Shown in pieces: positions 56,761 through 64,000 of a stretch of 64,000 nt of DNA. The position numbers and the translations under genes were made by a program. The notes under the pieces are model-generated. The model ran no database searches. It was not told where the DNA came from and saw only the letters and a program-made list of their open reading frames with translations. Position 1 is the first letter of the stretch. Every line of letters begins with the position of its first letter. Origin of the DNA: an uncultured Candidatus Saccharibacteria bacterium (lineage in GTDB: Bacteria > Patescibacteriota > WWE3 > CAZQQZ01); NCBI GenBank assembly GCA_964595755.1, contig CAZQQZ010000001.1, positions 22,228 to 86,227 of the forward strand, written 5' to 3'.

Positions 56761-59700
56761 TTATTTTGATAATTGCTCATAAAATTTATTTTTCAGGCAT
56801 TGGGAATTAACGAATTTGGCATCCGAAACTTTGTCTTTAGGAATGTCAATGTTGAAGTAAAGACAAAAGACGAGGTTGTCTATAAAACCTTTAATCCCCT
56901 TTTGCTTATCAAAATCAATGATCGGCAATGATTTTAAATCTTCCAGTAGTATTTGCTTTCTTTCAAAATCTAATTTTTGGTCACCGTAATTCCCGTCAAT
57001 TATCTTTTTGATCAGATCAAGATTATCCTTAATTTGTAGCTTTATCTCTTTGTCATCTTTTATTAAAACCAAACAGCCATCTTTTGTTATAACGTTGTCA
57101 AACTTCTGAACCAACACGTTTGAAAAATCAACAAAATCTGAAAGAGTTAACTCCTCTAAACCGAGTAATTGGCTAGTCTGTTTAATAATTTCGTTCTTGA
57201 TTAGTTGATTTCTTTCATCAATCTTTGGCACACGAACAAACTCTTTTACAGAAGTGGTTGAAATAAGAAAGTTTTTTTCATTTTCGCTTCTTAGGAGGGA
57301 ATTAAGAATTAGAGTTATGGATGAGGAGTTGAGCAAAGCAAAGAGATATAAAACCTCTTTTTCGTTGTCACTTCCTATTGCACAGATTTGATTTCTCGCC
57401 CAGATAACTGGCTGAGTGGTAAAGAAAAACCTACTAGGATTGGCGTATGACCACATCAGTTTAAATTTACTATCTAGCAGGTTATACCCTTGGTTGGCCT
57501 GCCTCAACTTTATGGTATATGACGAATTACCTAAGCGAATGTTTGGCCAATACCCCTTAGACCCTTTAATTGTCCAGAGTGAACTATTTAATTTGGGGTA
57601 GTAATAAAATTCCTCGTTCGGCTCTTCTTTCAACAGCTTACTTTCATCAATGCTATACCCACTATCAAAAAAGAATTTAGTTTTGAATTGGAATTTAGAA
57701 AATGTATGTTCGTAATAGATTGAAATATCCTCAGTAGTTCTCTTGTACTCGTTATAAAAGTCAAGAAATGCTTTGTTTTGCTTAATAAAGTTCCAATTAG
57801 TCACATTTCGTAAAAACTCAGATTGCAATACCATCTTTTTATTGATTTTTTTATTGGCTGAAATGTTTTCTAGCGCGTGCCCTACCTCATCGTCTGAATT
57901 CGCATAGTTGATTATCTCGACATGGTGAAGTGTAGGTGGTAGTTCTCTCCTTATAGCAAAAATCAGGCTCGAGGTAGCTATTGGCTTATTCTGCCTTAAT
58001 CCTCTACCCACAAACATCTTGCCGCTAAATGTAATTATTTTCTCAATCGTGGTAAATTTAGCTAAATGATAGCGAAGAACGTCTAGATCTCCAGCGGTTA
58101 AAAGTGTTTGCGGAATGATATAGCAAAGTCTACCATTATCTTTAAGAAGGGCAAAACCTAATGCAATGAAAAAAGCATAAAGATTGGGGTTAGGACGATA
58201 CTTTTTAGAATTGTCAGGAACACTATGAAGATTCACACCGTAAATATTATTGAGTTTTATTTTGCCACGCTTCATTAACTCAAAGGTCAAAACACTCTGT
58301 TTTGCGCACTCGTTATATCCCACATAAGGCGGGTTACCTATTACAAAGTCAAAACGCCTTCTTGGGCATTCCTGCTGGTTTTCAAGGCTTTTTTTCATTT
58401 CCTCCAAATCGCTTTCCTCTCTGACGTAACTTTTGTATCCTAAATCTAATTTTTGAGAAAAAAGAGGAATTTGATTGGGGGAACGTGCTTTCTTTTGAAA
58501 TTCAACTGTCTGGTCATTAAAAGTATTGCGTAAAGCAGTGTCCATAAACTCAGAAATACTATCTCTAGTGAGGAAAACCTTAATTTTTTTATCAACGGGG
58601 TTGTTATATTTCTCGTTAATTATTTGAGGTAACATTCTCATTAAGATATTCATTTCGGCTAGGTATAGTGGGAACTCGGCAATGTCCAACCCAAAAATAT
58701 TATCATTGATAATTTTCTCGACCTGTTCAGATTTTTCAAAGGAACTGTTGCCAAATGCTTTAAGAACAGAGTCAACAGCGCTGTAGAGGAAAGTCCCGCT
58801 TCCGCAAGATGGATCAATTAATGAAATGCTATTTTTGTCGTCCTGATATCTTTTTTGAAGAGCCTCCGGGGTAAATCCGACTTGTTGTAGCATAAAGTTA
58901 ACAACTGCCGGATCGGTAAAGTATTGCCCCTTTTTTGTGTCCTCATACAACTCCTTAAGATAGTTTTCGTAAATATAACCAAAAATCTCATTCTGGATGT
59001 TAGCGAAGTTATATTTTTTAATAAAAACGAATATATCAAGCCACGGGGCAACATCGTGAAGTTCGTTCTTGGGTTGCCTGTACAAGGCAAGCAAAATCTG
59101 ATTGATGAAATCCTGCTCCTTCTTGAAAGGTCTATAAATATTTTGAGAGATTTTATTTGAGATACCTTCAATAACACCTAAAATCTTACCGTATTGTTTA
59201 ACTTTGAGGCATTCGTGAATCGCTTTAACAATATCTGCAAATTCCTGAACAAAATTATCAAACCCGTTATCAACCAAAGTTTTATACAAAATGAACTGGA
59301 TAACATAAGCGTAAGTAATCTCGACTGCCTTTTTCTCTCTATCTCTTCTGTCCAATCCCTCAAAATATCCCTCAATCTGAAGCTTGTTTTTAAAACTTCT
59401 TATTAGTTTGGTAATATCGTCAAAAAATATCTGCCTATTTTCTTCAACAGGAAGTCTTTCCTCTTTCAAAAGAGTGAGTTGGCTTTGAGGTTCAAAAAAA
59501 GTTAGGTAATAAAACTCCGGCTTGACGTATTCCTTCCAAAATTCAAGGAAAAGATCGGTTTCATTAAAAATTTGGTCTAAGCTAAACTCACGATAAATGT
59601 TGTTGTTGTAAAAACGCCAAGTATAGCCATCCGTTAAAATCCCGTAATGTTTATCGAAATCTTTTTGGTAAGCGATAAGTTGTTTTATACCCGCTTGAAT

Positions 59701-59973
59701 ATTACCGTAACACTCTGCTTCCAAAGGAATAATAATCTCTGGACTAATATAAACAACAAAATCTGCCTTTCGACCTTCCTTTGCTTTATTTTCGTGAATA
59801 TACTCATTTTTTCTTGATTCCAATTTTCTTGAAAGAGAGCCTTCCCTTAAATCAAAGAGCTCTTCGCTTTCAAAAAAAGCTTTGACGAAACTATGAACAC
59901 CCGAGCCAAGCTCTTGGTTTTTATAATATTCCTTTTCTTTACTCCACTTACCTTTTAACTCTTTGATGCTCAT
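56761..59973 (-). CDS. Type IIG-like fused restriction endonuclease / gamma-class N6-adenine methyltransferase
   Basis: N-terminal AD...EAE...Q...Y...ILTDG..WRFY nuclease; GQYFT, DPSCGSGTFL (motif I), GNPPY (motif IV); C-terminal TRD-like region. Start at MSIKEL. Confidence 0.88.
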   Translation of the reverse strand: MSIKELKGKWSKEKEYYKNQELGSGVHSFVKAFFESEELFDLREGSLSRKLESRKNEYIHENKAKEGRKADFVVYISPEIIIPLEAECYGNIQAGIKQLIAYQKDFDKHYGILTDGYTWRFYNNNIYREFSLDQIFNETDLFLEFWKEYVKPEFYYLTFFEPQSQLTLLKEERLPVEENRQIFFDDITKLIRSFKNKLQIEGYFEGLDRRDREKKAVEITYAYVIQFILYKTLVDNGFDNFVQEFADIVKAIHECLKVKQYGKILGVIEGISNKISQNIYRPFKKEQDFINQILLALYRQPKNELHDVAPWLDIFVFIKKYNFANIQNEIFGYIYENYLKELYEDTKKGQYFTDPAVVNFMLQQVGFTPEALQKRYQDDKNSISLIDPSCGSGTFLYSAVDSVLKAFGNSSFEKSEQVEKIINDNIFGLDIAEFPLYLAEMNILMRMLPQIINEKYNNPVDKKIKVFLTRDSISEFMDTALRNTFNDQTVEFQKKARSPNQIPLFSQKLDLGYKSYVREESDLEEMKKSLENQQECPRRRFDFVIGNPPYVGYNECAKQSVLTFELMKRGKIKLNNIYGVNLHSVPDNSKKYRPNPNLYAFFIALGFALLKDNGRLCYIIPQTLLTAGDLDVLRYHLAKFTTIEKIITFSGKMFVGRGLRQNKPIATSSLIFAIRRELPPTLHHVEIINYANSDDEVGHALENISANKKINKKMVLQSEFLRNVTNWNFIKQNKAFLDFYNEYKRTTEDISIYYEHTFSKFQFKTKFFFDSGYSIDESKLLKEEPNEEFYYYPKLNSSLWTIKGSKGYWPNIRLGNSSYTIKLRQANQGYNLLDSKFKLMWSYANPSRFFFTTQPVIWARNQICAIGSDNEKEVLYLFALLNSSSITLILNSLLRSENEKNFLISTTSVKEFVRVPKIDERNQLIKNEIIKQTSQLLGLEELTLSDFVDFSNVLVQKFDNVITKDGCLVLIKDDKEIKLQIKDNLDLIKKIIDGNYGDQKLDFERKQILLEDLKSLPIIDFDKQKGIKGFIDNLVFCLYFNIDIPKDKVSDAKFVNSQCLKNKFYEQLSK

Positions 59974-60011
59974 ATTCCTGTTTCTTTCTTGAAATTGCCT
60001 TTGCCATCGGA

Positions 60012-60194
60012 TTAAGGTTTCCAATCGCGAACTACAATAATTTTATTTTTGGAATCTATTTTGAGGATTACTTTTTGCCTTTCCTTCCAGCCAAACTGAC
60101 GAATAACTTCAATTGGAATGGTGATTCCGTAGGAAATGTTTCCAATTCTAGTTATTTTTCTGATATTCCTATCTTCCAGTTTTTTGTCAGACAT
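60012..60194 (-). CDS. AbrB/MazE/SpoVT-fold small DNA-binding protein
   Basis: IRKITRIGNISYGITIPIEVIRQFGWKERQKV swapped-hairpin pattern; start at MSDKK. Confidence 0.82.
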   Translation of the reverse strand: MSDKKLEDRNIRKITRIGNISYGITIPIEVIRQFGWKERQKVILKIDSKNKIIVVRDWKP

Positions 60195-60215
60195 AGCTAA
60201 TTTATACCACACTTT

Positions 60216-60242
60216 AAAGATTACGTATTCGAATAAGTAATC
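60216..60242. repeat. Palindrome copy B (upstream of the AbrB gene, over its promoter)
   Basis: AAAGATTACGTATTCGAATAAGTAATC; 26/27 identical to 56705-56731. Confidence 0.9.
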
Positions 60243-60312
60243 CAGAAAAAACGCTTTATCTTAAGAACAATCACTCCCAGTCTAACAAAATATGTAACTT
60301 AGAAGGGGTATT

Positions 60313-60503
60313 TATTTCGATAATGATTATTGTGACGTCCCGACGGTTGCTTCAATTTCGAAAAAAGTATCAAAATTGACTTTTCGCTGGTGCCCTCCTG
60401 ATTTTTCGGGGCTACTTATCTAGCCTCTCAAACCTACTTAAGCGACTCCAAACAATCATGAAACAGTTTTGGTGTGTTGAAATTTATGATAATTATCGAA
60501 ATA
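60313..60503. repeat. 191-bp segment bounded by 18-bp imperfect inverted repeats
   Basis: TATTTCGATAATGATTAT versus the reverse complement TATTTCGATAATTATCAT (16/18). Confidence 0.45.
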
Positions 60504-60507
60504 TCTG

Positions 60508-61764
60508 TCATAAGTAACTAAGTAACTTCTCTCCTAAACTAAACGCCTGCTCAATCCCCCTATCCCAAGGCCAGATATGCTCCATTGAAGCAAAATACAA
60601 GTTGTTGCCCAGGTCCATCTTGGGCAAGTTATTTTCGTAACCCACCCGCATAATTGGTTGAGCATATTTTTCCCGGAAAACAAAGGCTTTCTCAATATTT
60701 TTTTCCGAAAAATTCGGCTTTATTTTTTTAATAAAAGAAATCGCCTTATCGACAACTTCTCCATCCGGCAATTTATATTCATCACTACTTATATCTAGGT
60801 AATTTCCTAAATAAACAATATGCTTACCGCTATACTCCTTAGTGTCACGGAAATTCGTATGTTCAACAAGCGCCAAAAAGGGAGAATTCCTGTCATTTAA
60901 GTTTACCCAGTAATAATCAGATATCTTTTCTTTAAGAATTAAAACTGCCGTGCGCGCGCCAATATAAGGAACCTTGGTTACTTTAATCATCTCGCTATCT
61001 CTAAGAAGCAACTCCAATGTTTCAGAGGAACCTGTAAAGACAACTTTGTCAAAGAAATACTCCCCCTTATTTGTCGTGATTTTCCAATTAGACTCATAAG
61101 ACATATTAGTCACTTCTTCATTAAGATGGGCTGAGCCGTCTTTTTTAAGTATTTGTTCAGAAAGAGACTCGAAAAGAGCCTGAGAACCGCCTACAAGATA
61201 GCCTAAATTAGAACTTCGTAGTTTAATTCTCCCCCAAAACCAAACCATAGAAATATCTTCAACAAATGGCCCAAATTTTCCGGACAAAAGCGGTTTCCAA
61301 ACTTCTTCATAAGCTGATTTTCCATAAATTTTAGGGGTAATTTTTGTGGCTTCGTTTTTTGAAAATAATGAAATCCCTAAAGATACCGGGAGAAATTTAA
61401 GAAAAGCGGTCGCTATTCCAAAACGGAGTCGGTCAAACAAACTTAACCGATTGAATTTAAGAATATCGAGTGGAGTAGAAAATGGATAGAATTTCCCTTC
61501 AACAAAATTAGCCGTATTCTGGCCTCTCCAATCAAGCCTGTCCGATAAACCCAGCTCTTTTATCAAAGAGACAACCTTTTCGTCGGTAGAAAAAAAATGA
61601 TGATAAAACTTTTCTAGAGTAAAACCAGCATAGGAAAAACTCCCTGCCAAACCTCCCAAAGTATCCGACTTTTCAAAAAGAGTAACTTTATGTCCGTTTT
61701 TAGAAAGTTTGTAAGCAATGTAAAGGCCTTGAGGACCTCCGCCAACGACCGCGATTTTTGTCAT
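60508..61764 (-). CDS. FAD-dependent oxidoreductase (amine oxidase / protoporphyrinogen oxidase-like) of glycan loci
   Basis: IAVVGGGPQG, GGLAGS, EKFYHHFF, AQP and DRG. Confidence 0.85.
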   Translation of the reverse strand: MTKIAVVGGGPQGLYIAYKLSKNGHKVTLFEKSDTLGGLAGSFSYAGFTLEKFYHHFFSTDEKVVSLIKELGLSDRLDWRGQNTANFVEGKFYPFSTPLDILKFNRLSLFDRLRFGIATAFLKFLPVSLGISLFSKNEATKITPKIYGKSAYEEVWKPLLSGKFGPFVEDISMVWFWGRIKLRSSNLGYLVGGSQALFESLSEQILKKDGSAHLNEEVTNMSYESNWKITTNKGEYFFDKVVFTGSSETLELLLRDSEMIKVTKVPYIGARTAVLILKEKISDYYWVNLNDRNSPFLALVEHTNFRDTKEYSGKHIVYLGNYLDISSDEYKLPDGEVVDKAISFIKKIKPNFSEKNIEKAFVFREKYAQPIMRVGYENNLPKMDLGNNLYFASMEHIWPWDRGIEQAFSLGEKLLSYL

Positions 61765-62483
61765 ACTTTTGGTTTTTGCTGGGAGCTAGAGTAATTTAGG
61801 CGAAAACGGAAGAGCTCCTTGAAAGCTCTGATAATCACTTTGGGCTTCGCTCCCGTACTCCCACCTAGCTTCTCTGGGCTAACAAGATGAATTACCGGTA
61901 GCTCCAAAAAAGTAAATCCAGCATCCTTTGCCTTAATCAAAAGCTCAGCAGAAACCATCGCCCCTTCCGACTGCATTTTGGGAATAGCATCAATCACCTT
62001 TTTGTTGATCAATTTAAAAGCGCAATCAATGTCTCTAACCCTTAAGTTAAACATAGCTCGATTAAGTACATTCCAGAGTTTGGCGTTTAAAACTCGCTTC
62101 CAACCATCGGTCTCCATGCGATTAGTTCTATACCCAAGAATTAAATCCGCTTCTTTTCTCCGATCCCAAAAAACTTGAAATTGGGAAAAATCAAATTGGC
62201 CATCTCCATCACTAAAGAAAATATAATCCCCCGTTGCCCCGTAAAAACCAGACTTTAAAGCCCCACCATAACCGCGATTTGGATGATGGGAAATTACCCT
62301 AACTTTTTTGTTTTTTTCGGATAAACTATTTGCAATCTCCTCCGTTTTATCTCTTGAGCCATCGTTAACCACAATAATCTCGTAATCCGATTCGATTTTT
62401 TCAAGAATCTCGGAGGCATTCGTAACTACCCGCTCAATGTTTAGTTCTTCATTATAAAAAGGAAAAAAGACAGATAATTTCAT
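61761..62483 (-). CDS. Polyprenol-phosphate glycosyltransferase (GT2, DPM synthase-like)
   Basis: FFPFYNEE, NDGSRD, NRGYGGA, DGDGQF and DIDCAFK. Confidence 0.92.
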   Translation of the reverse strand: MKLSVFFPFYNEELNIERVVTNASEILEKIESDYEIIVVNDGSRDKTEEIANSLSEKNKKVRVISHHPNRGYGGALKSGFYGATGDYIFFSDGDGQFDFSQFQVFWDRRKEADLILGYRTNRMETDGWKRVLNAKLWNVLNRAMFNLRVRDIDCAFKLINKKVIDAIPKMQSEGAMVSAELLIKAKDAGFTFLELPVIHLVSPEKLGGSTGAKPKVIIRAFKELFRFRLNYSSSQQKPKV

Positions 62484-64000
62484 ATTCTTTCTATGAGTAA
62501 CAAATCGGAAGAAGAAGCAACCACTCGTAAACCCACCTTATCTGAATAAAAGGACTCCTTAAGACTATCATACTTTTCGACGTTAAGAAAAACAAAGGAG
62601 CCTTTATTCCACTTCAAAATCTCCTCTCGTAAAGTCGACTCCTCCACATATTTAAAAGGCACTTCCCCATGATAATCAAGAGTATCTGAAGGCGACATCA
62701 CAATAATATTTGGCAAATTTCCATTGTTATTTATCTTTTCACGAATTCCGATAAGATAAACTTCGTGTTTTAAGACATTTTCTGGAAAAATATAAGTCTT
62801 AAAAATTACTAAAGATAAGAGGGGAAGAAGCAAAGATATAAATGAAAAATTTATTGGCAGAGAAACGGATTTTCGTTTTATATTGCGGGCAAAGATTGCA
62901 CTTATTCCAAACGCGACCAGAAGTATCCCAAATATTAAAAGTGAGTAGGGTAAGCCCAACTTGGTAAATTTTAAAAATACAGGACAAGAAAGAAAAAGAG
63001 CACTTAAAAGCAACGCGAACCTAATATTGAAAAATTTTCTTACGATTACATAGATAAAAAGAGTTGAAATAGAGCCAAAGAAAGCCGACCAAAATCTTGG
63101 AGTGACTGGGTTTATTTGATAAAAAAACATTGCTAAAGACGAAAGCCAGACGTAAATTTGATTTAATCCCATCTTCATTGGGTAATCTACACCTCGATAA
63201 ATCGGAACCCACCAGTGGGCCCAACTTCTCTCCCAATCGCGAAGGACAGATTTAGATAAAACCGCAAAGAAGGCTTCCCGACCGGATAAATTCGCCGCGC
63301 CAATTCCAAAAAAAATAATTAGAAGGGAAAATCCAAAAATAAACATTAGGGGAATAATTTCCCTAAAATCAACCTTTTCTGGCGAGAACTCCTCTTTTTT
63401 GATTTCGCGAGTATCTATAAAAATCAAACGGGCCAAAAAAATTCCGGAAAAAAGAAAAAACCAAAAATAGACAAGATTATATGAGTAAAATATGCCCCCA
63501 ACTAAAATTCCAACCACGCTCGAAATAATTCCTGCGGAAAAAAGTCGGTCATGATTATTCTTTGCTAACTCAACAGATTTGGCTAGCGAATGAACTAAGT
63601 AAAACATAAACCCAAAATATGGCAAAAAACCGAGCAACCCCGTCTCACAAAGCACCTCAAGCCAAATACTGTGAGTGGGAAGACGGACATTCAAAGCGGG
63701 GTCAATTTTGGCGTGAGCCTCTCCGATCGGGGTACCTCTAAAATGCTCATTAAATGAACCATAACCAACGCCAATTAGCGGATTTTTGGTAAATAAATCC
63801 CATTCTCCGGAAAGCAAGAGGCCATGAGCGCTGGTCGATCTTTCCATTGGGTTTATTACGGAAGCGATTCTTTTTACAAAAGAAATGTTTGTTCTAGAAG
63901 ACAGAACAAAAAGCAAGATTAGAATTCCAAAAAGGCCGGCGAAAAGGCTAACTTTTTGGTAATATTTAAATTTAATTAGGTAAGCGACAAAGAAAAAAAT
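62480..64000 (-). CDS. Polytopic O-antigen ligase-like protein fused to an ArnT/PMT-like segment (5' end outside window)
   Basis: Frame is open to the window edge; NPLIGVGYG...HSIWLEVLCETG (Wzy_C), then EA...W..P...RFWSAFFG (GT-C-like). Confidence 0.7.
   Translation of the reverse strand: MFFFVAYLIKFKYYQKVSLFAGLFGILILLFVLSSRTNISFVKRIASVINPMERSTSAHGLLLSGEWDLFTKNPLIGVGYGSFNEHFRGTPIGEAHAKIDPALNVRLPTHSIWLEVLCETGLLGFLPYFGFMFYLVHSLAKSVELAKNNHDRLFSAGIISSVVGILVGGIFYSYNLVYFWFFLFSGIFLARLIFIDTREIKKEEFSPEKVDFREIIPLMFIFGFSLLIIFFGIGAANLSGREAFFAVLSKSVLRDWERSWAHWWVPIYRGVDYPMKMGLNQIYVWLSSLAMFFYQINPVTPRFWSAFFGSISTLFIYVIVRKFFNIRFALLLSALFLSCPVFLKFTKLGLPYSLLIFGILLVAFGISAIFARNIKRKSVSLPINFSFISLLLPLLSLVIFKTYIFPENVLKHEVYLIGIREKINNNGNLPNIIVMSPSDTLDYHGEVPFKYVEESTLREEILKWNKGSFVFLNVEKYDSLKESFYSDKVGLRVVASSSDLLLIERI

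Overview
A 64-kb chromosomal segment from a small-genome bacterium using genetic code 11. The gene content and repeat style suggest CPR/Patescibacteria, possibly Microgenomates or WWE3 (inference). Housekeeping genes include pgi/pmm, iscU/iscS, rplS, a ClpC/ClpE-type ATPase, a polA lacking the 5'-nuclease domain, gatCAB, htpX/lemA, polX, lepB, rplU/rpmA, rodA, a type II ileS, nrdD/nrdG, typA, a reduced dcw cluster, glyQS and recO. There are also six tRNAs, a two-component module, two surface-glycan loci and a decayed DNA methyltransferase cut by a dead IS256-like element. The most notable structure is non-coding. (1) A PaaX/Cas2-like gene is bracketed by two near-identical 40-bp 7-5-7-2-7-5-7 palindromes. 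(2) An AbrB plus Type IIG restriction-modification cassette is bracketed by two copies of a 26-bp palindrome and an outer 11-bp direct repeat. (3) A small GC-rich element sits exactly 13 nt after the start of TGTAGCT at four loci: three GTAG-type REPs and a tRNA remnant. (4) Two different intergenic-type repeats are inserted in-frame in gatB. IleRS also carries the non-canonical AVHH signature. No CRISPR array or rRNA was seen. All calls come from reading the sequence; no database searches were run.
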